From the NCBI GenBank assembly GCA_050084515.1, contig CM114271.1, positions 49,414,001-49,478,000 of the forward strand: a DNA stretch of 64,000 bases, in the 5' to 3' direction. The translations under genes and the position numbers were made by a program. The notes under the pieces are model-generated. The model ran no database searches. It had not been told where the DNA came from and worked only from the letters and a program-made list of their open reading frames with translations. Within the stretch, counting starts at the first letter, position 1, and the number at the start of each line of letters is the position of its first letter. Source of the DNA: Blasia pusilla (taxonomy: Eukaryota). Below, piece after piece: positions 14,701-26,400 of the stretch.

Positions 14701-15099
14701 TTATAAATGTTTCATGATTGAGTGATGTTGTGCTAGGCCTCTTACTTTTAAACCAACATAGATAATGAATATGGCAGTAATTTTTTTAGGGAATTCAAAA
14801 TTAGTGCAAATAAGGAAATCTAATTCAAATCATAAATAAGTTATTCTAAGAATTAAGATGAAAGTGTTTATGAAAATTGGAATTCTAACTAACCAATATG
14901 GATGTCTTAAAGGTTCATGTATGGGGATTAGATCGTGTGGTTCATTCTAACATAAAAGACCACAAGGATGGAAGAATGTATATGGCAATACAAGACTTAT
15001 TAAAAACTTGAAAATTTATTGAAAAATTGATGTACACTTTCATAATTTATCTATATTATAATTGTCGACACTTTATGGAAAATAAGAAAAACTAGTGGA

Positions 15100-17100
15100 T
15101 TAGTAAGAAAAAAATAGCAACGTGTTTGAATTTTGTCACTTGATTCATATTAGATGAATAGAGAAATGACTTTGAGAGGAAGAGGAAAATATTTTTTAAA
15201 GTAGTAATTAAATTAATTTATACTATAATGGATGATCATAGATGTAAAATAAAACAAAATAATGCAATAATTAGGAAGAATAGAAAAAAATAAATTTTTT
15301 TCCCTGAATTGATATTTGATGAGAAGGGGAAATAAAATTTAATAGAGAAGGAAAATAAAATATTTAAACTTTATGGAAGGGTGGAATTATTCAGGGTAAT
15401 AGAGTATTTAATTGAGGAGTGAAATTACTTAGAAGAGTGGAATGTTATTATTCTTCTAAGATTTAAAAAGATAAAAATGATATTTCAAATTCTGGAAAAA
15501 AATTTGAATATTCTAAAAATAATTATTTTAATTCATAATTGATATTTTGGAAAATAAAATTAATTTTAATGGAAAGTGAAAATAATTAAATTAAAAATTT
15601 AATCAATGGATATTATTTTAATGAGAAGAATTGATATTTTTTAAACTTTTATGGAAAAGTGAAATTATTCAAGAGAATTTGATATTATATTTAAATATCT
15701 ATTAAGTACAAGATGAATCATTTCTGTCCTATTACATGAGGAACTTTTTTTCAATAAAGATACATATTTAAATAGCCCTAACTCATATGGACCTAGGAGA
15801 GAACTATGACAAAAAGTCTCTCCTCGAAGGATTGGAAAGGCTCGAAACAACTATTTTCTTTCCTGTAAGATCTCGTCCACATTAAAAAAAGTACATATGG
15901 TGTACCGAATGGCGTAATAAATAGAAATCGTGCATTATGTAACGAGTGATTCTTGCGGGGATCCACGGAGCTCTATAACACTCGACGATTGGATTTTATT
16001 TATTTTTCATATTTCTTGTACTTTAATTACCGAATGATACACATGTATGTGTAATTCAATTCCAAAATTTGTGGTGCTCAATTAAAATTGAGTTAAGGAA
16101 GGAAAAAATAAGAGGTTATCTTTTTTTGGATTTAGGTCCCGTAAGGATTTGTGGTCTTTTTATGTTGCGTCATATTGTCACATGTGGTCATTTGTTTTAT
16201 GTGAGATTTTTCAAAAGAAACGTTTTTTAAACCTCCGTTTACTCGTTATATTTAAAAATGCATTTTCCAACATGTGTAGAGGTCTTTTTCCTCAGTTCTA
16301 CACATCTGATTCCTTTTCTAACCGATCCAAATGGGGATGCGCATTACATGTATTTGAACGATGGAAAAAATTCCAAACACGAATCACTCGTTCCATCCCA
16401 TAAATAATCCGTAATTCTTTTTCTAATTGGAAATTGGATGACCCTTCCCGAGGGTCAAAAAAATTCCTTCATTGGGGATTTATCTCCTAAAAGAGCACTA
16501 TCCATTATCTAAGTTAAGAGCACTATCCATTTTACATGTGCAATAAGAGAAAACATGTTTGAATTTTGTTATTTGAATCACATTAAATGGGTAGAAAGAA
16601 TGAATTAGAAGAAAAAAAAAAAAAAAGTTTTATCAATTAATTTATATTAGAAATTTATAATGGGTGATCTAGGTGTTAATAAAGTAAGAATTATTTTGGA
16701 GATTGGAATATCATTTAAATTTTAATTGTGGAGTGGAATTATTTAGAAGAATGAAATGTTATTACTCTTCTAAGATTTAAAAAATAGAAATCATACATAA
16801 ATTTTCACATAAAAAAATTTATTAAAAAGAATCATGTTTATTCACATTTGATATTTTCGGCAAGGAAAATGAATTCAAATTGAAAAGGGAAAAGGGAAAA
16901 GATTTTATAAATAAAAAATAATTTTTAAATTTAATTTTAGCGGGAGAAAGGAAGAGTAAATATTATTCAAAATTTGATGGAGGAGTGAAATTATTTAAGC
17001 GAATTATTATTATATAAAAATAAAATTTAATTATCCTTTAAAAATTGTAAAAATTAGAAAAAATACAGTAAAATTTTTAAATTTTATTACAATGAGTTAT
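15100..17100 (+). repeat. Two diverged copies of an AT-rich dispersed repeat (15100-15700, 16545-17100)
   Basis: Shared starts TGTTTGAATTTTGT.A.TTGA.TCA.ATTA.ATG and shared GAGTG.AATTA.TTAGAAGA.TG.AATGTTATTA.TCTTCTAAGATTTAAAAA. Confidence 0.6.
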
Positions 17101-17587
17101 ATATAACAGCCCCGTAAAATATCTATAGCATCATTGACAGACATTTGCTCGACGTGACTCGTGAGTTAACATGATTGTTTGTGGAGGTCGTTGGATTATA
17201 TTTACATGGTTAGTAAGGTCAAGCAACGATGTTGTCTAATGGGTCTTATTAATGGGTCTTGTGAAACAAAGGTATTAGGTATTCTCGTGGGTTCTAAGTG
17301 GCAGGTGTAGTCTAAATGCCAAGTGTGTTTCTTCTTTCTTACACTCACCCGTATCTTCCATAACTTAAAAGTGCCCACTATGATCTTGCAAGGGAAGATG
17401 TGTAGGGAGGGGTTTCTTGGATTCCAGATCACCTCTTTCCGAAGGAAAAAGAGTATCCACTGGTTTACGAATAACATGACCGTTAAACTTTGCGATATCG
17501 GACTCTTAAAAAAGTCTCCTGAAAAAATTGATTAAGGTAATAAGCAAGAAGAAATGACAATAGTAGTATTGACAAAAAAAAAAAAGA

Positions 17588-17650
17588 AACAAAGATGCAC
17601 TTCGATAAAAACGAGTGATGGAAAACCCATCGGAAGGAAAGAGGGTCTCA
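17588..17650 (-). mobile_element. Orphan 3' terminus of the CRE-like retrotransposon family
   Basis: 17588-17636 matches 61871-61919 at 48 of 49 nt; the latter abuts the 3' UTR of the CRE copy at 62-64 kb. It contains the GATGG.AAACCCATC hairpin also seen at 21030-21044. Confidence 0.75.
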
Positions 17651-17699
17651 TGGGTCTCATTGACAAAAATAAGAATGGGAAGTTTCGAGGACCAAATTT

Positions 17700-20600
17700 T
17701 GTAATGATAAAAACCAATGGAGGTAGCGTAACATGTTACAAGATACAAAATTCATGGTACAAGCACAAAATTCAGTGGAAAAAGAAAAACCCCACCGAAT
17801 ACGCGAGAATGTTAATCGAAGTGGAGTCGGTTTCTTCTTGTGTTAACATCATCGAGTCTACGAAGACGGTTATCGTTGTAACGAAGATATTTTCCCCCAT
17901 GACGAATTTTGATCACCACCAATGAAGTACCTTCGCAATTCATCGGAGGGCTGACTCAGTTCCATCTTGAGTTTAATTTGGAGCGGCTGTCTAGTCGCCA
18001 ATATCGGACAGTGGAATTTCGAAGCTCTGGCACGACGTCCTATGTATGGATCCCGAGAATTCGAGGCCTCGACCTCGTCGTGTGGGAGAGCAGTCACTCG
18101 TCGACTACATCTAAAAGACGAGTTCATACCAATAGGGTTACGGACTACGAGTCCGTAACCCTATTGGTATGAACTCGCTTGCTGTCGATTCCATTAAGTT
18201 TTCTCGATTGAAATCATCTATACTATTGGGAATGGTACGTGGGCTTATTTTGAGAGGGCCTCCCTCCTATTTCGAAACGAAGCTTGCTAGATGGGTTAGA
18301 ATCGCCTTGAAAGCGCCAATCAATCCTTTGGCGCTGCACAAGTTAGACATCTCGCTCTTGAATTATGGCGTGGGTTAAATTATTTACGAAGGCCACCTAG
18401 TAAACTTGGTTCGCCTCCGAGCGGGACGAGATATCAATGGGAAAATCTAGAGCGGTGGTTCGAAGTAGTCAAAAAGAGTTTGGTGTAGGTCTGCTCATAT
18501 TTCAAGTCCGTGGACGCTGGATAGTGGGAGGCGAACCAGATTCGTGAATGATCCTTCAATTAATAGAACTTTAACGGAATTTGTGTCGGATCGAACCTTG
18601 GTCAAACAAAGTATATACCGAAGTCTCGTCCGCTGGATCGAGGTTCCGAGGGAATCCACTTCCCGCATCTTCAAAGCCGTGCCGAATCCTGTTCTTCACG
18701 GCACTGGACTGCTCTATGGTCATCGCCCAATATTAGGTTTCACTTCCAAATAAACAACTCGTAGGCCAGTGCCGGGATTCTTTGTAGAGCTAGCCGACCA
18801 AATTCAGACCTTTCCGATCGAAATCTGTAAATGTTGGGAAACTTCCCGATGATAAAAGAGGATTTTCTTTGTAAAATCTTTACATTCCCGACAAGAAAGA
18901 CTTACAGGAGCGTAGCAAAATTGCCAATGACTCTATAGCAATTACCCGAGCTTTGTCTAGTAGGGATGCTTCTGCGCTTTGGAGTCCTCTCAGTCCGAAA
19001 ATTCACTGTGCTGGGCTGGACGACTCATCAAGAGCCACGACGAAGCATGCCGTCCTTAACGACGAACTGGGAAGACTGAGGAAAAAGCTCGACTGCGAAG
19101 AACCGCATCCCGTCACAGAATAACGATAGCGCGGGTTGATTTCATTCGATAGGACTGGATCACACATACTTACGCATAAATAATTATGGTACTCTAAACA
19201 TAGAATGTAGCTATTCACGTTTCTTGATCGGACAACTCCATCACGGGGTAGGTGTCGCAAGCTCCGTCCGATAACTCTGGATTGGTTTCGCTTCCTCGTA
19301 ATCTCCAGGACACTTGTGAGGCCACGAACGTCACGAAGACTTATCGGGAGCCGGGGATGTAGTTTGAGAGTGGATGCCACCATTTCCCCCGATTTGAAAC
19401 CTTCTTTTTTGCCAGTTCCTCATAGGCAGTGATCATATCCTCCCTCTCCACCTCGAGCGTCAGTTATTGAATAGTTGTATTCCATCCCCGCAATGAATCG
19501 CGGTGAGACATTCTACATTTGAAAATTATCCTGGAGAAGATAATCAACGGCGCAATTAAAATTTCCATAATCATGGTTAAATCTCGTTCTGCCAACACAT
19601 ACGTGTATGAGGAAAAAGGGGCAATACCTGCAGTTGACGCTCGTGGATAATCTGTGCACCCGAGGATCTCGCTGGCTGGACGGTATGATTTTTTGCAATT
19701 GCTTGCCAGTCTTCTTCATGGCGAGCGAAATAGCAACCACTCCCTCTCCTCCATCAGAACGCAGACATGATATTCATGGGTGGCCACGTAGGATCAGGAG
19801 TGATTGATTGTAGCGGAATAGCAGTCTGCTTCTGGAAAGAGCTGCTATGTCAAAGAACATATCGAGTTGAAAGAAATGGACAGCAGCCACGCAGATTTGA
19901 GCGATAGCTAGAGCATCGACTGAGGATTCAATGAGCCTTTGGAAGCAATCATTGCAGTACGGAAAATTGTCACCTGGCGACCTCAATGCATGATCTAGGG
20001 GAAACGGAAATCTAAGAAAAGAATTCCAACCATCGCCCGTACACGATCGTACGACTATCTCAATGTGGGCTTCAACGAGACGAAAATACAGCGCTTGAGC
20101 CATAGATTGAGAATCTCCGGTAGATTGAACCATCCCACGATCTCAGTGGCTTCGACGAGATAGCAACCCAGGACTTCAATCATCCAAAGAGTACCTCCTA
20201 GTCCTGATGTGGACCCGCGCCTCCATGGCACATGAATATGTGCCTCATTTGCGTTCAATTCTGTCCAGATTTCAGACTTCGTCCCCAGCCATACGGATTT
20301 AACGATCTTCCCTGTGGCAGGTTGCGATCAACGCTCTCGATATCTCACCACTCCAATTACAGAGATCTAATCGGAACACAGGTGAATCTGCAGCCTTGCT
20401 ACCGCATCGACGGATGAAAATGACATCTGGATCACTGCAGTCTGGTTTACCAAAGATAGATGGGCTAGATTATATGAGAGGTTTGTTAAGTTAGAGATCT
20501 ATATACGGGTATACGGGAAATTGATACGTTGAGAGCCTGTATAAAACGCGGGCGATGTAAAATCCATCGGAAATTTGAGGAGACCTATGGGTTTAAAGTG

Positions 20601-20900
20601 AAATCTAATGCGGAGCCCGTCTACTTGGGGAGGAATCGAGATATGCCTTGCTTCCCTCTTTTCTAAAATGAAAGGAAATTCATTAAACACTTGGAACCCT
20701 TTGTCGGGCTCTTTGAGGTGTGGGGGCGTCCCAACACGAATTCGGTTTGGATCGGTATAAGAAGGAGCTTACTAACGTCTCATGTGATTACATATCTCAA
20801 GCTACGAAGGCGTGAGTTACTTGTAAGGGCAGGAATGAAAGGAATGAAAATTCTATATAAAAGAAATCTAGGGCTAGAGTATATGTATATTTTATACGGG
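17700..20900. other. Unassigned CpG-rich, coding-like but frameshifted 3.2-kb segment
   Basis: Higher GC/CpG than the flanks. Fragmented minus-strand frames (e.g. 19003-19383, 19513-19740, 19774-20133) and no evident introns. No family confidently recognised. Confidence 0.3.
18119..18177. repeat. Perfect hairpin, 28-bp arms, 3-nt loop
   Basis: CGAGTTCATACCAATAGGGTTACGGACT-acg-AGTCCGTAACCCTATTGGTATGAACTCG. Confidence 0.95.
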
Positions 20901-21024
20901 TTTGTTTAATATCGGAGAGTACAAATCAGAGCAGACCGAAAATAGAATAAAAAAGGTGAGTGTCTAAGGTCTGATTTAATTGAATAATGTTGTAAAAACA
21001 AATGAAATAAAATATATATGTAGA

Positions 21025-23460
21025 AAAAGGATGGGAAACCCATCACTATACAAAAGAGGGGGCATGGAGACCCAAAAAATAGACCTCAAGACCGGAACCG
21101 GCCCCGAGGAGAAAGAAGGGGGCCTTCCCCCCTAACGACCAAAGTCACCAACAACAAAGACAATATCAGCAACACCTAGAGAACTATGACTACTACTAAG
21201 TGGGCCTCTAGCATAGGCGTCTCCAACCGCCTGAGCCTGCCGCAGAAGCCCATTTGCCCTGGCGCGCTGCAAAGCTATGGAGACCCGTTGCCTACAATAA
21301 AGTATCGCAGTGGCTAAGGACAATCCATTTCTCGACTGGAGATGATGGGCGCAATCCGTAAGGAACGAGTCAAACCTCTCCCCCATCGCCCCATACATCT
21401 CAATGGCTAGGGGGATAAATCGATGTCCGTCATGAAGTCGACTATAAATGTGGGTCTTCTTGACCGCCGCTGCCGCCGCTCCTTGTAGCAATCTCCCTTG
21501 TGCTACCACTTGGGCTCGCACCGCCTCCTGCGTAGGATCCGTCACTACAACATCCGCTACCACCACCTCATACTCCCTCGTCATGTAGAGATCAGCACGG
21601 ATAAGGGAATCCCGCATGGAGTAGTGCCTCTCTCTTTGTACATGGAATCCACTCTCCCGAGCAATAGAGAACATAATATCCCGCACTGCATCGTGAGTGG
21701 CTATCCTCTCACCCCCAACTGGACACCGTGCCAAATGCACACCAAGTGGATCCAGACTCCGGCGACACTCGCAATGTGTCGAACCAACCACCGTTGGTTG
21801 GGGTAGGCCCAGTCGGAACCTCATCGCTATAGTGTAGGTAAGTGGTGCGATGCGGAAAGCCGGGATGAGGGGACGAGCCCCCACCCATGAGCTGCCCCCT
21901 TTCCGGAGCAAGAGCGAATACGGGCCCGAACCTCCATGGGGATATTCCCGTCCGACATAGTAGCTCTAAACAATGCATCAAAGTGGGCTTCCATCAAAGA
22001 AGATTGGAGCCCAAATTGTCCGTAGGTAACTAGGGAAGAGAAAGCGGGAAGAACTGCTCTAGCCTCAACAAGAAGGGAGTCTCTACAAGCTGTGAGTGAA
22101 GACTGAAGTGGGAAAAGATCATCCTCAACCTGGGAAACGTACTGTAAAAGTAGTGGTCTATGCCTAACCAGGACTTTGTATCGAGTTTTGTGGCGGCGGC
22201 TCTTACCGAGGATCTTCTTCATGTGGACGATCTCATGAGGATTGGTGACCCTCAAGTAGCTTATGGAATCCTCTTGTCATGTTTTGCCCGTAGACCTGGT
22301 TATCTGTGTAGAACCGTCTGGGCGACTAGCCATATTTCTTCCTTGTATAGATCCTTTGATAGAAAGATTATGCAGGTGTTTGGGGATCTTCTAGGACCCG
22401 GCTCATTAGAGTGCCCCGCGGGGGAGTTAGCTCGTAGATAGGCTTCTTGGCCGATTGCCTTTGGTGGAGTAGGTCTCATAGCGACTGAGTTAGTGGCGTC
22501 TTCAGCCTTTTTAGGGAGTTGGGCCACTGTAGCACCCCTCCTTTGCTCCTGATTTTTGGTTAGGGATAGACCGCTACTTTTATAGTAGGTTTCCCAGGTT
22601 GAGGATGGTCTTTTCCGACAGTTTTTTGACATCTGCTGGAGGGCTTTGTGTCTTGGGAAACCCTGGGAAGCCCTCCAACAGGTGTCAAAAAATGGTCGGG
22701 TAAATGAATATCCGCTAACAAGCCTAATGAAGACCAAGCCTTGCACTTTCCCACCTTCACCGCGAGGCCAACGTGTGCCAACTGTGCTGAAAAGTGCTGA
22801 AATGTAGGAACAACCAAGTCTCCACGGCCGACAATGTGAGTATCATCTGCCAACGAAGGGAAAATGCAACCCGGGAAAGCCGCCACTGTAGAAAGAACCT
22901 CTCGATAATGAGCCAAAGCAAACAATGCACCATCCAAGGGATCACCCTGACGCGTCCCGATAACAGACTCCAAGACCGTGACCTTCTCCTCGAACCTACC
23001 GTGGTGAAAATAGAGAGCCGAGGGGCCCCCATAAAAAGCATGCACGAAGGGAATCAGGCTCGCTATGGGACCCCCTGTGTCTCTCAGCTCCGTGAAGATA
23101 GCTACCCGAGACACTGAGTTAAAGGCGTTCTCCACATCAACTTGGAGAACCACCCACTTGGGGATGTATATATAAACAAGCCCTCAAACCTAAGGCTACA
23201 GCCTCACAACCGGCTGGCGTGGCAACTCCGAACTGGTGCGGACTCAAATGTGACCGGAAAGCCTCACGGAACTGCAAAGCGATAGTGCGACTCACCAACC
23301 GCAAGAGCACCTCCCCTATGGCAATCGGACGGATCCCTCCACCCTCCTTCGATAACGCGAAAAGTCGCCCCGCCCCCAATACCTGGGCTACTGCTGTTGG
23401 CACTCTCCCCTGAGCTAGGTGAGAGGCAACCTGAAGCAACTCGGAAAGTGGAAACACCAT
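21025..23460 (-). mobile_element. 5'-truncated CRE-clade non-LTR retrotransposon (RT + zinc knuckle + restriction-like endonuclease), internally inverted
   Basis: RT motifs GGIRPIAIGE, HQFGV, QVDVENAFNSVSR, GTRQGDPL and LADD. The C-terminal ORF 21132-21911 has C.C...D..G.H...C, HD.V, E, RADL..DV.V, K..Y and FIPLAIE..G (RLE PD..D-type). Confidence 0.9.
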
Positions 23461-26400
23461 ATGAGATGGAGATGTACCTATGATAGTGCACGTTACCATT
23501 GTATCACCACCCCGTCACCAAATCTGTAGTGGAATATGAAGTAGATCATGATCATTTTCCGCAATCCGAGGATCTGAGTTATCCAGCCCCTAAAAGCCAA
23601 AAGCCTTCCCTCTACTGTGATGATCCTGTGTGTGCCTCACCACCTCCCAAGGGAATCATCTCCATGTTGATTGGCCGTCGAGTTTCGCTGGGTGGAAATT
23701 ACAAGACTTTACCAAAACCATTTTTTTTCCTGAGAAATTTTTGCGCTTCTCATTTTCCGACCGCATTTTCAAAATGCCCTAATGCCGAAACTAGTGAAAC
23801 ATGACTATGAGGTTTCAGCAGGTATCACCAATTTTCTGAAATTTTCAGATTCGAGTCGAAAACATCTAAAGTCTGTCGGCCGCCTTAGAAAAACAGCCCA
23901 CACTAACCTAACTCACATCTTGAGAGTGTATTACCGGGTATCATGGAAGGTACATTGTCAAAAAAGGCACGAATCCCATAAAGTCTTTGGAAATTTGACT
24001 CAAACCCGAGAACAAGTTCGAAATTCGCGTTGGGAATGTTGCCGATAATCACCTACCGGTTCCTGTAGGAAGACTCACAACAGTGAAAGTGTCTACGTAC
24101 GTTGTGTGCAGGCATAGAACTAAAAGTGTCCACGTGCATTGCATTTTCTTACAAGTCCTTTCCGTCTATCTGTCCTGGTAGGGCCCCGTTTCTGATTTGT
24201 GGGTCTTCATTCCAATCCCTAGTCACCAACTTATGAGTCGGCTTCATACGAAGGCGTAAGACATACCAACATGAATCTTTTGAGGACTACTAATGCGGTT
24301 CAGTCCGATCATGAGCCTACAAATAGCGAGAGGGCTCATAAAAAGAGCCCAACCGAACCTTATGTGGAAGCGGAGGGTGAGGGAGGGGAAGAGGAAGATG
24401 AGGATAACGATGTAAGCCCATCAGTACCTCTGTTTGTGTGTTAGAGTGGTAGAAAGCGAATAATTTATGTACAATTGTTTCAAGTATTGAATTTTGAGTT
24501 TATCTTATGTTTTTAAACTCGAAATTCGTAAGAAAAAAAAATAGTAAGATAATAAGCTAGGAAAATAGTAAAAGGGTATGATTTTTTTGATAAAGTTTTA
24601 TGAAAATGAAAATAAATTTTGGGAGACGGAAAATGATTGAATTAATAAAAAATGGAGATTATTTTTAGAATAGAGTGGAGTATTATTTCAGCCTTTATTG
24701 AGGACTTGGGAGTGAGATGTTATTGATTCTTGAAAAGTAGAAAAACCAATGGATTTGGGAATGGAGGAAAATATTGGAGAGTAGAAGATTACTTCTAAAT
24801 TTCTTTTACAAAAATACCCTTTTTGGGCATGTTAAATTGCTAACTACTGGTAGGCGGTATGAAATATGGCAAAGAAAAAAAATCTTGTGATTGAAAATAA
24901 ATTATATTTTTGATCTTTAAGACCATTACATTTTCTCTTCGAAGTAACATAGTATTACTCCCATTCACAAGACAATGTTACCCCTTTGACCACAAGTACT
25001 CCTATGCATGAGGGAATAACACCTGAGGTTAGTCTAACCTCAACTTCTAGGGAATTGGAAAATTTGGCGACTAGAACTCTTGTTAGAGTTGAAGCCTCAA
25101 CACTTCCAAGTGTGAGTAATTAATGAATATTAATAATTTATAATTTTGTAAGAAACCTTGGTGTATGAGGTGAACTTAAGTTCCAATTGTGGGATGCATG
25201 GTCTTCTAAATTTTTTTTAAATGTACACCTTTTTGTATGTTACTAAGAATGAAGTCACAAACGAGTATTCATCATAGAAGAAGACTCCTTCCATATTTTT
25301 GTGCCTACATGGACCTACATCTCATCAAAATTTGATTAGCTTGGCCGGTTAACTCTTTAAGATTTAACAATCCGAATGATCCTTCGCACAAGAAGTAAAG
25401 TTTTCAACCATAAATAGAGAAAGCAACCAACGTAGGCAAGAAATGAAGGAGGCGAATGTAGGCAAGAAATATAGGTACACCATTGGATGTCTTTTGAGAG
25501 CTCTATGATTTCCATTACCAAAATGTGTCTTGTGTCATTTCAATAATATATGGTATTCTACTTCCATGAAAGACCTAGTTTGATAGGCGATTCCCAAATT
25601 GTTGCTACATCTCATTGACGCTCAACAAGAACTAGCCCAATGATTTTCTATATTTATTTTTTAAGAATGTCTTTAGGAAAATTGGTCTTAATTTATCTCC
25701 AAGCAAAGGGTTTTTATATGGAGTAAATTATCCAATTTGCTTGCCATGGATAGAGATGAAAAGGAAGAACATATGACAAACTAATGAGTGTCATATGTTC
25801 TTAATACAATACACAATGCAATGCAATTCAAAATGGTCATCCCATCAATTCTTCAACCTACCAAGTTAGAGATGCTCAAAATATCAGCCAAAAGTCATCA
25901 AGATTGGTATGTAGTATCATCAACATTTCTTCTAGAAAATAAAAATGAATTGAAATAAAAGAGAGTGAGTTTGGATTTGGGTTTGGATGGTGATGGCATA
26001 GAATCAGGTCCATCAAGAGGGATCTAAATCTATGAGCTTATATTGAGTTGATCCAGTAAGCAAGAGCATGAACCATACATTACTTAAGGCATTGTGTTTG
26101 AGTTTGGGATAGGCTTATAGTGCTAGAGATCAAAATAAAGCAGTGGATCAATTATAGTGTTGGAAGCACAAGGTATGTATTTCCAAGGGCCAATTAGACA
26201 TGTAATCAAGAGAAAGGGAGTGACAAGCAAGGGATAAGAAAGGTAAGAGATGGATAGAGGAGGTAAAGAGGCCAAAAAAAAAAGAACACTAAGATCAATA
26301 GAGAGAGAGGGCCGTAGTTGCGACACACCTCAAACAAGATCTAATACTATGTTTGACATTATTTTGTATAGATAGCTTCAAAGAAAACTTACGCAAAATT

